Positions 51,622 through 61,600 of a stretch of DNA of 64,000 nucleotides are shown here, in pieces; the first letter of the stretch is position 1, and each line of letters begins with the position of its first letter. The notes under the pieces are model-generated. The model ran no database searches and was not told where the DNA came from. It saw nothing but the letters and a program-made list of their open reading frames with translations. The position numbers and the translations under genes are program-made. The stretch spans positions 160,001 through 224,000 of the forward strand of contig JBGSMD010000016.1 in the NCBI GenBank assembly GCA_041740355.1, in the 5' to 3' direction. The stretch comes from Bdellovibrionota bacterium. Its GTDB lineage: Bacteria; Bdellovibrionota_C; UBA2361; CALJRW01.

Positions 51622-51834
51622 GTTGTTTTGTACCAAGCTATTAGGAGAGAAGTTATACTCGCACAAGATCGGGCAAGAAGAACTGGTTTTGCGGTACGAA
51701 AAGAAATCTCAGTAAATCAATTATATCAAAAAGTTAAGAAAGGTAACGTGGTAGGTGTTCAAAGGCGAAAATGAAGCTTGTTTAGTTAACTTAGAATTAT
51801 ATAATATTCTCATGCCAGAAACTAGATTGCATAG

Positions 51835-51982
51835 ATAGAAAGTCCAAAAAGTAATTTACTTAAGGAAACTACTTTTTGGGGCTTTCTATCCCCCGCAAGC
51901 GTAGTCAAATCATATAGTTATTACAAAAAACAAGCTGCGCTATTTTATTTATACGTAATTTATTTTTTGGAATAACTATATA
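51835..51982 (-). repeat. 148-bp double-hairpin element, copy 2 (inverted relative to 43471-43618)
   Basis: atagaaagtccaaaaagtaattt...aaactactttttggggctttctat stem plus a second stem tatagttattacaaaaaa...ttttttggaataactata. Confidence 0.92.
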
Positions 51983-52031
51983 CTTACCGTTAGAGTAATA
52001 CTGAGAGAATTTTACACAGCCCTAGCTAGAA

Positions 52032-52913
52032 TTATTTCTTCTCAAGATCTAAAAAAGGCACAGCATTAACACCGTTGTAATGCGGCAACTGGCCAGACCA
52101 TTTTTCAATTGTTCTTAATTGAATTAACTCTGGATTATCTTTTAATGCTTTAGCTTCACGTGCAATAGCATCAGCACTAGCCTTGGAAGCCATTTCAATT
52201 GAATAAGCATTGGCATCTGCTTCCAGATTTTTTTCTGCCGCAGCAGCTTCTGCTTGAGTAACTCGGCGGATTTTTTCATTCTTAGCTTGTAATGCTTCTT
52301 GCTCCGCCCGGACTTTTAATTCAATTGCCCGGTTAAATTCATCGGAGAAATTAAAGTCAGTAATTGCAAAGTTAGCAATGTTTATTGCTCCTGTTAAATC
52401 TTTTTCATCAAGCGTAACATTAATAAAGCGATGAATTGCTTCCTGAATCTGGAGCTTCACTTCTGCTCTTTTAGTGACCAGTTGCTCTGCCGTATACTGC
52501 GCTGTTACTGCTTTAACTGATTCGTGAATCGCAGGACTGACGACAGTCGTAGCCACTGCCGCTTTGTTCCCAATCCCCTGAAGTACTTTCGGAGCAATCG
52601 CCCCATTAACAGCAAATTGCAAAGAAACTGCTGTTTGCACAGTCTGCAAATCTTTTGATGCTGCTGCGGCTTGAGCTTCGGAATTTGTCAGTCGGATATC
52701 TACATTTTCAAAGTGATCCAAAAAAGGAAATTTCAAATGGAATCCTTCAGGATATGATTCCGCCTGAATTGCACCAAGTCTTTTTTTAACTCCTACGTGT
52801 CCAACGTCTACCATGTGATAGCAGGTGGAAGAGAATGTAAATATAATGAGCAGTACTATCCCCATAAGTACGACTGGGTTAAAGCTCTTATTGTAGTCAA
52901 TTTGTGCGTTCAT
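52032..52913 (-). CDS. Prohibitin/SPFH (band 7) family protein
   Basis: N-terminal TM, GHVGV, EGFH.K.P, ASKDLQ.V, VKAVTAQYTAEQL..KR, FS.EF..AIE.K and IEKW.G.LP motifs. Confidence 0.93.
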   Translation of the reverse strand: MNAQIDYNKSFNPVVLMGIVLLIIFTFSSTCYHMVDVGHVGVKKRLGAIQAESYPEGFHLKFPFLDHFENVDIRLTNSEAQAAAASKDLQTVQTAVSLQFAVNGAIAPKVLQGIGNKAAVATTVVSPAIHESVKAVTAQYTAEQLVTKRAEVKLQIQEAIHRFINVTLDEKDLTGAINIANFAITDFNFSDEFNRAIELKVRAEQEALQAKNEKIRRVTQAEAAAAEKNLEADANAYSIEMASKASADAIAREAKALKDNPELIQLRTIEKWSGQLPHYNGVNAVPFLDLEKK

Positions 52914-53017
52914 ATTATTTCCGAATTATTTATTGAATTAGTAAGGGTAGCAACAATCATCACATTCGTAAACCATTAAGGCGTAAGAGCCTGGCGCTAG
53001 GTAAATCTAGGCAAAAG

Positions 53018-53500
53018 TTATTTGCCGATTAGGGTTAATTTTTTCTGAACTATCTCAAAACACTTTTTCACCTTAGTTCGTGTTTCTTTCTTTACTGCGT
53101 TAATTGAAACATAGGCAAGTCCAGCAATAGCAGTTTCATTCATTTGCTCTACTGGTAATTCATCACAGGCATCAGGTAATTGCATAGCAATCGCATCAGG
53201 ATAGGCATGAGTTACTATATCAGCATATTTCTGAAGTTGGTCTGCACTCATAGAAGAAAATTTTAGTTTTGCTAGATCTGAAAAAGTATAAGCCAGTCCA
53301 AATTGATCAAATGGAAGCCCTTCGATATTCTTTGGATTAATCGCTCGAGCTGAATCAATTACTTCAGGATAAGACCATGAGGCTGGAGAAGCTATATTTT
53401 CTTCAGCAGTAACTAAAGCGCTACTAAACAAAAAAATGCAGCTGATAATTACCAATAAATTCATTTTCATTAAAAATATCCAGTTTATAAATAAGATCAT
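53018..53500 (-). CDS. Secreted hypothetical protein
   Basis: Signal peptide; real start probably MKMNLL at ~53470. Confidence 0.65.
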   Translation of the reverse strand: MILFINWIFLMKMNLLVIISCIFLFSSALVTAEENIASPASWSYPEVIDSARAINPKNIEGLPFDQFGLAYTFSDLAKLKFSSMSADQLQKYADIVTHAYPDAIAMQLPDACDELPVEQMNETAIAGLAYVSINAVKKETRTKVKKCFEIVQKKLTLIGK

Positions 53501-53664
53501 AGTAAAGAAAGGAAAAAGATAAAATACTTACAGATTTGAATTCTCCATAGTATCAACAACTTGAATATTACCGCATGTTCTCTTTGGTACTATACTACTT
53601 TTGTAATTTGATTTGTTCTAAACTACTTTATTCAAATCAAACGCAAGATACTGCCGTGTGCCAC

Positions 53665-54273
53665 TTAGAGTGGGCAGCATAAGACGAGCAGTTGCGCTGA
53701 ATATAATCCAAGTCCGGCTGAGACGATTCTATTCATTGTATACTCAACAAAGTAATCACGATTATCGCCATTATTACTGTCGATAGAACGACTTTGGACA
53801 ACAACCTTTGTACCCACCGAGTTATTAAAGATGCTTACGTTGTACTCATCATCATAAATAAACTCCACACCTGGGACACAGCTAGCGGAAATAGTCAGTT
53901 TGTCAACGCTACCATTCGTATTGTCCTCTGCTGGCGGAGAATATTTCCTACATCCAGTGAAATCAATAAGCCCCTTCTCTCCCTTTACGCCTGCGTTTCC
54001 TGCTTGACCCTTAGCTCCCAAAGGACCGACCGGTCCAATTGGCCCAACTTGTTCACTACTAACTTCGATCATACTTTCTTTAAGTTTTTGGTCGAGAGCC
54101 GAACCTGTCAAAATGGTCTCTCCCTTCTTACATCTAGCTCTGACGTTTAATTCGTTAGTCTCGTTAACGCAAATCTTCATTGGCTTCTTGGCGACTTGCG
54201 CAACAAGGTCTGCCGGAAAATTAAGCAGCACTGCAAGCGCTGAAACAATGAATAGCTTTAGCGTGGGCAACAT
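53665..54273 (-). CDS. Secreted collagen-like protein (paralogue 2)
   Basis: Signal peptide, about 8 Gly-X-Y triplets, C-terminal CCPL. Confidence 0.8.
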   Translation of the reverse strand: MLPTLKLFIVSALAVLLNFPADLVAQVAKKPMKICVNETNELNVRARCKKGETILTGSALDQKLKESMIEVSSEQVGPIGPVGPLGAKGQAGNAGVKGEKGLIDFTGCRKYSPPAEDNTNGSVDKLTISASCVPGVEFIYDDEYNVSIFNNSVGTKVVVQSRSIDSNNGDNRDYFVEYTMNRIVSAGLGLYSAQLLVLCCPL

Positions 54274-54863
54274 ACGATCGATAATCCTAATTGATGACCT
54301 ACAGCGCCGATAATTACTGCCTGACGGGACGAATAAGAGACGCCAACCGGATAAGAATCCGTCGCATCAAAAAGCAAGGATTTTGAATAAACGAAAGGTT
54401 TAGTTTGGTTGGTAGGAGGAAGTGTAAGATAAGACGAACTAAGCATGAAATCTTGCTGGCCACTGCTATAATTACAGCTCAGCTGCCTCGTGCCTATGGA
54501 GTCTGCAGCGAAATCAAAAATTTGAGAAGGCGAGTTCCGATAGTAGCAGCCCCCAACATCAAAGCCAGCAGGATTTCCAGCTGCCCCCACCGCACCAGTA
54601 TCGCCTTTTGGACCTGTTGATCCTTTAGGACCTTGCGGACCTTGTGGACCTTTAAGACCTTGGTCCGTTGCTAACGAAACTGCGTTACTTGCTAAACTAG
54701 CAAGTGAGAGCTTGGACTCTTTTTTTTTGCATTTACTGACGCGAACACTGATCTTTCCTTTCGAGTTTAAGCAGACGACTTGTTTTTTAGTTGCGGCTAT
54801 TGCTTCCGGCATCCATGCAATCGTGGAAATCACTGTTAAGAAAAGCATTGAAATTATTCGCAT
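54258..54863 (-). CDS. Secreted collagen-like protein (paralogue 1)
   Basis: Signal peptide, about 10 Gly-X-Y triplets, C-terminal CCPR; overlaps paralogue 2 by 16 bp. Confidence 0.8.
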   Translation of the reverse strand: MRIISMLFLTVISTIAWMPEAIAATKKQVVCLNSKGKISVRVSKCKKKESKLSLASLASNAVSLATDQGLKGPQGPQGPKGSTGPKGDTGAVGAAGNPAGFDVGGCYYRNSPSQIFDFAADSIGTRQLSCNYSSGQQDFMLSSSYLTLPPTNQTKPFVYSKSLLFDATDSYPVGVSYSSRQAVIIGAVGHQLGLSIVCCPR

Positions 54864-55049
54864 ATTAAATAAGTAGCCAATGTTGTAGAGCGAGTCAAGT
54901 TAAATTTCACAAGTCTGGCATTGGGTTAAGACTTGAATTTATAGAAACGATTGAGTAATGTTTTGGATAACTTCTTTCATAATTTCTATTCTACCCAACT
55001 ATTTCGGTGTAAAGCACTTAAGTAATCGCATATTCTTTAATGAAATATT

Positions 55050-55835
55050 ATGAAGTTACAATATTTTGAAGTGAATGCATTTACAGCCCCTGGATTACTG
55101 GGTAATCCTGCAGGAGTTTGTCCGTTGTCTAAGTGGCTTCCTGATTCATTAATGCAGAAAATCGCGGCACAGAACAATTTATCAGAGACAGCATTTTTCG
55201 TTCCAACTGAAACAGGATTTCATTTGCGTTGGTTCACTACCCGAAGTGAAGTAGATTTGTGCGGACATGCCACTATGGCTACAGCTCATGTAATCATTAA
55301 CGAATTGCGGCAACATAATAATGAAATCTTATTTCTAACTAAAAGCGGAGAACTGAAGGTCTCATGTCATAATCAACTTTATATTCTTAACTTTCCGGCA
55401 AGACCGGGAATAACAAAGATCCCTGATGGATTAGATCTAAAGTTGGCTCAGGGAAATTCGATAGTTGCCTTGCACAGTAGTAGAGATCTAATGATGATTT
55501 TTGAAGATCAAGATTTAGTTAATAATTATCAGCCTGACTTTTCAGAAATAGTAAAAATTTCCGAATATGGATTTATTATTTCAGCTCCAGGAAAAGATTG
55601 TGATTTTGTTTCTCGTTTCTTTCTGCCTAAAGATGATTTACCGGAAGATCCAGTAACAGGTTCTACTCACTGTACCCTAATTCCCTATTGGGCAAAGATG
55701 ACGGGGAAAAACAGCTTAATTGCACGGCAGTCTTCTACTCGTGGTGGTGAATTGAAATGTGAACTTCAAGGTAATCGAGTTTTAATAGGTGGACATGCCG
55801 CAACTTACTTACGCGGGGAAATTGAGATTAATTAG
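55050..55835 (+). CDS. PhzF-family isomerase/epimerase
   Basis: V.AFT....GNPAGV, NLSETAF, RWFT...EVDLCGHAT, SRFF.P...EDPVTGS.H and RGG motifs. Confidence 0.93.
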   Translation: MKLQYFEVNAFTAPGLLGNPAGVCPLSKWLPDSLMQKIAAQNNLSETAFFVPTETGFHLRWFTTRSEVDLCGHATMATAHVIINELRQHNNEILFLTKSGELKVSCHNQLYILNFPARPGITKIPDGLDLKLAQGNSIVALHSSRDLMMIFEDQDLVNNYQPDFSEIVKISEYGFIISAPGKDCDFVSRFFLPKDDLPEDPVTGSTHCTLIPYWAKMTGKNSLIARQSSTRGGELKCELQGNRVLIGGHAATYLRGEIEIN

Positions 55836-55933
55836 TTAAAATAATACAGACAATTTTTTTAAAACTCGTCCCAGTCAATTTTTATTTGCTTCAGCGTATT
55901 CTATAATACTGAAGTGATATTCAGCGGAGCAAA

Positions 55934-55965
55934 TATCCCCTCCTAATGAAATTACGGAGGGGATA
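55934..55965. terminator. Hairpin terminator between the convergent PhzF and deaD genes
   Basis: tatcccctcc-taatgaaattac-ggaggggata. Confidence 0.65.
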
Positions 55966-56001
55966 ATGATCCTGTTACTAACAAAAACTTAGAATTATTT
56001 A

Positions 56002-57846
56002 TTAATTCCCAGCTCTAGCTCTTCCACTAGATTTTTTTGATCTAGGACTGTCACGATGATTCTTATTTTCAGTAAACTTATTACCATTACTTTCAGGTCT
56101 ACTACCTCTATGCCCTCTTTTTCCACCAGCTACTCGGGCAGCACCGCCACTCAATTTTTCTCGAGTTCTACCACTATCTTCTCTTCTCGGCATAGGCATA
56201 TCAGATCCTACAGCTATAGCTTGATAGTTTTCGTTATTAATCCAAATCTGACTTAACTTAAAAACCATTTCACTGCTTAAGTCCTGTGGTAATTCAACTG
56301 TAGTATGATCATCTGATAAAGAGATCCTTCCAATATTACTTCCACTCATACCTGTTGCACTAGCAACACCACTAACAATACTAGCAGGACGAACTCCGTC
56401 TCTTCTACCGGTTTCAATCCGATAACGAATAAATCCAGCTTCAACTTCTCTTGGCGCCGCATTTCGAGATCCACGACTATCTCGATCTTCACGTCCTCTT
56501 CCACGAGATTCTTCTTCTCTCATTTCTGGCATTGGAGCTGATTTTTTTTCATGCACGATGTAATGCAGAGCGGCAACGATATCTTTTAATTCTAAAGATC
56601 CATCCTCTAAAAATTTAGCTATGATCTTATGCTCCTTCCCTAACATCTTAGTAGATATAGTTTCTTTTAACTTTTCTTTAAAACGCTCATCACGCATGTC
56701 TTCTAACTCTGCTTTACTAGGAAGAGCTATTTGAGTCATTCGTTGTCTAGTTGCTCTTTCGATATTACTTAGTAAACGAGTCTCTCGCGGTCCAACAAAA
56801 AGAATCGCACGTCCACTTCTACCAGCTCGTCCTGTCCGACCAATTCTATGAACATAAGACTCTGTGTCGCGTGGCGCATCATAATTGACTACATGACTAA
56901 TCCGTTCCACATCCAAACCACGAGCCGCGACATCTGTCGCCACAACAATATTTAAACGTCCATTTTTTAATGATTTAATAGTTTGTTCTCTGGCAGATTG
57001 GTTCATATCACCATTAAGTGCGGAACAAGAATATCCTTGCGTTTGTAAACACTCAACCAGATCAACAGTAGCAGCTTTAGTTTTAACAAAAATTAAACAA
57101 GCATCGACTTCTTCAACTTCTAAAATGGTATTAAGAATCGAAAATTTCTCTTTACCAGTAGCAACACAAAATACTTGCTCAATATTTTCTACGGTTTGTG
57201 TTTTACTTTCGATTGTCACTTCAGCTTGATCAGTTAAATGCTCCTGAGCAATTTTTTTAATTCTAGGAGGCATCGTTGCTGAGAATAAAGCAATTTGTGT
57301 CTCTTCTGGTGTTTCACTTAAAATCCAATCGATATCTTCAATGAATCCCATCTTCAGCATTTCATCGGCTTCATCAAGAACAACTGCTTTGATATTATCA
57401 AGCTTTAATGTTTTTCTTTTTAAATGATCAATTACTCTACCAGGAGTTCCAACAATAACATGTGTCGCGCGCTTTAAATCTGAAAGTTGCTGACCCATCG
57501 ACTGTCCACCATAAATAGGTAGAACCTTAAAGCCTTTTAAGTCCTTCGCGTAATCTTTGAATGCTTCAGCTACTTGAATACCAAGTTCACGTGTTGGTGT
57601 TAAAACCAATACTTGGGGATTATTATTACCGATATCAATGTTCTGTAGTAAGGGCAGAGCAAATGCTCCTGTTTTACCTGTTCCAGTTTGTGCCTGCGCT
57701 AATAGATCGCGACCTTCCATTAAGAGTGGAATGCTTTGAGCCTGAATTGGAGTTGGCGTATCGTAACTCATGTTAGATAGCGCACTTAATAGTTCTTTTT
57801 TTAATCCTAAATCCGCAAAGGATAAAGGTGTAGCCTTAGTTGTCAT
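56002..57846 (-). CDS. deaD: DEAD-box RNA helicase DeaD/CsdA-like with DbpA RNA-binding domain
   Basis: Q motif, AQTGTGKT, PTRELG, TPGR, DEAD, SAT, ARGLD and HRIGRTGRAG; GRRDGVRP..IV DbpA-type domain; basic tail. Confidence 0.92.
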   Translation of the reverse strand: MTTKATPLSFADLGLKKELLSALSNMSYDTPTPIQAQSIPLLMEGRDLLAQAQTGTGKTGAFALPLLQNIDIGNNNPQVLVLTPTRELGIQVAEAFKDYAKDLKGFKVLPIYGGQSMGQQLSDLKRATHVIVGTPGRVIDHLKRKTLKLDNIKAVVLDEADEMLKMGFIEDIDWILSETPEETQIALFSATMPPRIKKIAQEHLTDQAEVTIESKTQTVENIEQVFCVATGKEKFSILNTILEVEEVDACLIFVKTKAATVDLVECLQTQGYSCSALNGDMNQSAREQTIKSLKNGRLNIVVATDVAARGLDVERISHVVNYDAPRDTESYVHRIGRTGRAGRSGRAILFVGPRETRLLSNIERATRQRMTQIALPSKAELEDMRDERFKEKLKETISTKMLGKEHKIIAKFLEDGSLELKDIVAALHYIVHEKKSAPMPEMREEESRGRGREDRDSRGSRNAAPREVEAGFIRYRIETGRRDGVRPASIVSGVASATGMSGSNIGRISLSDDHTTVELPQDLSSEMVFKLSQIWINNENYQAIAVGSDMPMPRREDSGRTREKLSGGAARVAGGKRGHRGSRPESNGNKFTENKNHRDSPRSKKSSGRARAGN

Positions 57847-58086
57847 TTTAATTTGCTTTATATAAGTTTTTGAATGATTTTATCCTAAGAGTAAAATCAT
57901 CGTTTGAGGCGAAATCCTCAAACTTAAATGGTTAGAAAACCTGACTAACGGCAAATAGACTAAGCAAACTTAGTTATAATTGCGGTTAGTACTATACAAA
58001 GCGAGAGCTCGAAAATGCCAATAAGAACTATGTGGCTTTGGGTACCTTCCAGCGCGAGACTATATAGGAATCAAGGAGTTATGCAA
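57847..58086 (-). promoter_or_regulatory. Long structured leader and promoter of deaD
   Basis: Hairpins atgatttta/taaaatcat (57874-57900) and gtttgagg/cctcaaac (57902-57923); minus-strand TTGCAT-N16-TATAGT at 58086-58059. Confidence 0.45.
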
Positions 58087-58171
58087 GTATTCTATTATTC
58101 CACAGAACTTGTGCTAGGCTCATATCTTGTTGAATGAGGTAGCAATAAATACTTATCTTGTTTTTTAGGTT

Positions 58172-58522
58172 TTAGAAACCTCTACACATACGCTCCATCT
58201 TCTCTCTTTGCGTTTCTTCGCCATAGTAAAATGAGACCTCCAAACGATTAAATGAGGTTAACAGAAATAAAACCAATAATAAAAGAAAACCCCGATACCA
58301 AAGTTTGTTTTTGAATAATATGAGGCTGGCAAGTATTATAAAAAGAGTAGCTACAGGACGTGCCAAATGCCAGCTATCTGAGAACAACGCCTTGACAATC
58401 GAACAAGCAACCCACGGAAAAGGAAAAAACCGGCCATTATCATTTGATACTGAAATAGCTATTCCTGAACTCAGGATAGCAACTATGATTATTGTGGTTT
58501 CTATATACTGTCTAATTTTCAT
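58172..58522 (-). CDS. Small hypothetical membrane protein
   Basis: 116-aa ORF with three hydrophobic segments. Confidence 0.55.
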   Translation of the reverse strand: MKIRQYIETTIIIVAILSSGIAISVSNDNGRFFPFPWVACSIVKALFSDSWHLARPVATLFIILASLILFKNKLWYRGFLLLLVLFLLTSFNRLEVSFYYGEETQREKMERMCRGF

Positions 58523-58683
58523 GAAATAATTATGTTTCCAAGGGGTTTTTAAAGGTTATGTACTTTTGCCAGGCTATGATGTCACACTTTTGTAAAATTA
58601 TTTAATAAAACTATATAAGTCTTTAATTCGTTAGATCAACGAGCGAGACAAATTAATAGGTTTTTCCAACTACTTAGGTTTTT

Positions 58684-61600
58684 ATACAAATTAAAACGAA
58701 GGTTATCCTCCTATCCTTTCTCACTTTTATCTTAATACTTTCTATCGGATTGCCAAGCGGAGTCGAGTACGTCTCCAATCAACAAATTCGTTCTCTCAAT
58801 AAGCTCACTCCTCTGGATCAGACTTTCAGCGTTATATATGAGAATAAAGCATTTGACTGCGTATATCTAAAAAAAGCAGAGTTTGGACAAATTAAAGAGA
58901 TTGATGGTGAGTTAATATTTAAATCATTTAGCAAAGTATATAGAGCAAAAATTAAGAAGCTTACTGATACCGGAAATGTTGTAAAAGCTAATAAGCTTAA
59001 ACTAAAAAAGAAAAACATTGAGCAACTTTGCCAAAAAACCTTGACCAGTAGCCTGCCCCTAGAAAACTCAATTTTCGATCTAATCGATGCCTCAACTGAA
59101 AAAGTCATTACATCTTTAAGTAATGGTTCGATAGTTGATCTTTCTAAGATTAACACTAGCGAATTTAACATCGTAGTTCGTTATCCGGAAACAGTAGGTA
59201 GCTTCAAAATAGTTTTAAACTCTGATACTCAAATTGATAATGCTAAACCATATTCACTCTATGGTGATGATGATCAAAGAGATTTTTATAGTGGTCAGCT
59301 AACATCAGGGGATTACACCCTGACAGCAACTCCTTATTCTAAATCGAATGCGAAGGGTACGCCCGGAGAATCTTTTACAATTCAATTTATAGTCGCTAAT
59401 GCTATTATTATTTCCCCGTCAGCTAATAGTAACAGCGCATTAGAAGTAAATAATTCAACCAATCTAAGTACATCAACAGTATCTACGCCAAATACGGAGA
59501 CTACTAAAGCAGCTACGACTCCTCTGATTACAGCTGCTGCAGTGGTTTCTAAAACTTGCCCATCTATCACTCAGTACGGTATCACCTGGACTTTCTTGAA
59601 CCCTCCTGTTTGTGGTCAATTTGCAACTGGAGATTGGTGGGTGATAGGACCAGTTACGATTACTAATATTAGTCCTAAAGGCACTACTTCTAGTGGAAGT
59701 ATGATTGGTCCAGATGCGCCAGGTTCATGGAATATAAATCATGGGTTTGATAGTAGGATTGAGGATAATGTTTTTGTGCAAAATTTAAATATTGCGACAA
59801 AACTTCCTTACCAAATGGCGGCTAATAAATCTCTAATATCTTCTATAAGTAGCACAGCAAATACTCCACGCTATCAGCTATCAGATCAGGCCATCCTAAC
59901 AACTCTTTCATCTATACCAGATGAAGGTAGTTTTCGACCTACGTATTTTGGAAGTGATAAAACTATCAAATGGAATAAAAGTCAGATTAATTATTCAAAA
60001 TTAAGTAAGTCAATCAAATCGAGTTTGTTTAATCTATCTGACGTAGAAGGTGGCAATATAAGACCTCTTGTGATGTTAGGCATGAAAGATTCATACAAAG
60101 GTACTCATCTAATTGCATCAAATAACCAAGCATACTATGGAGGAGATGTTTCAAAAACTAATGCGTACGCAGCACTCGCCTTGAATTCAGATCTTACAGA
60201 TGCACAAAAAGAAAAATTGGCGATCGGTTTTATCCAAAAAGGAATTGATATCTATGAAGGTGTTGTAAGAGGTAATTACACTGTTCCAGGGGGTGGTTAT
60301 CCATATGGATATAAAACACCACTATTCTTTGCTGCAGTGTTACTCAATGATCCAAATATTATTAAATATGCAAATTCCAAAGCAATTGCGGCTGATGGTA
60401 AACCTGGAATTTTTGCCGAGGACAGGGCCTATTATTATGTAGATAATATCGATCTAGGGGCACGAGCAGATGCAAATAAGTATGGCCTAAGTGGTGGCGT
60501 TGGTTGTTCATTAACTAATAGTGCTAAAACAGCATGTGAGCCAGGAAGAACAATTGTGCCATACACCTCAAACATGACCGGTATGCCAGAATGGGGCAAT
60601 GAAGGTCATGATTGGTTTGCTAGTTCAGAATGGGGAACTATCTATCGAGATGTTACAGGTCCTAACTTTATCGGCGTTGCTCTCGCAGTTCAACTTATGG
60701 GTGCAGAAAGTGTTTGGAATAATCAAGCGTTCTTTGACTACATGAATCAAAGAGCCTGGCCCTTCTGGTCTTCTTATTACCAAGCAGGCGAAAAAGAGAA
60801 TTGGGCAATTAAACCTACGACAACTGATTCAAACGGTAATTATATAAACAGAGTTGATGATTTTATCGATAAAGCGTGGATTTCAACTCGCTCTCCTATT
60901 GGGACTATTCCTAATTCTCACAAACCTCTAAATCCAGTTAGCTCTGCTTGGCCAAAAGGACCATACCCATCTAACTATCCTACTTATGGTGGACCAGGTT
61001 CGGTGACCCCTCCTGTATCAACTACAACTTATACTTTGACTGCTAACAAAGCAGGAACAGGTGCTGGAAACATTACAGGAAATAACTCGCCGTATACAAG
61101 TGGTGCAACTGCAACACTTACAGCAACTGCTTCTGGCGGTTCAACATTTACTTCTTGGTCGGGATGTACTTCTACTTCTGGAGCAACATGTAATGTATCA
61201 ATGACTGCTGCAAAAACAGTAACTGCAACTTTCACACTTGTTACAACGTCAACACCTGTTCCTACAGCGACTCCAACATCTATTAACTACACTTTGACTG
61301 CTAACAAAGCAGGAACTGGTGCTGGAACTATTACTGGGAATAACTCGCCGTATACAAGTGGAGCAACTGCAACACTTACAGCGACTGCTTCCAGCGGTTC
61401 AACATTTACTTCTTGGTCGGGATGTACTTCTACTTCCGGAACAACATGTTCAGTGTCAATGACTGCTGCAAAAACAGTGACTGCCACTTTCACACTAAGT
61501 CCTGTAACCAACACAACTAGGCCAACAATCCCTGGGAAAATAGAAGCTGAAAACTACACTGCTTTCTATGACACAACTGCAGCTCCTGGAGTTGAAACCA

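Noticed and set aside
51622-51774. 50 open codons in frame after the TAG of the GT-C gene (possible readthrough or small ORF)
   Set aside because: No recognisable motif or recoding signal; other genes in the window end normally at TAG
43471-51982. Integron cassette array interpretation of the accessory block
   Set aside because: No integrase, no RYYYAAC/GTTRRRY attC sites between the genes, and mixed gene orientation
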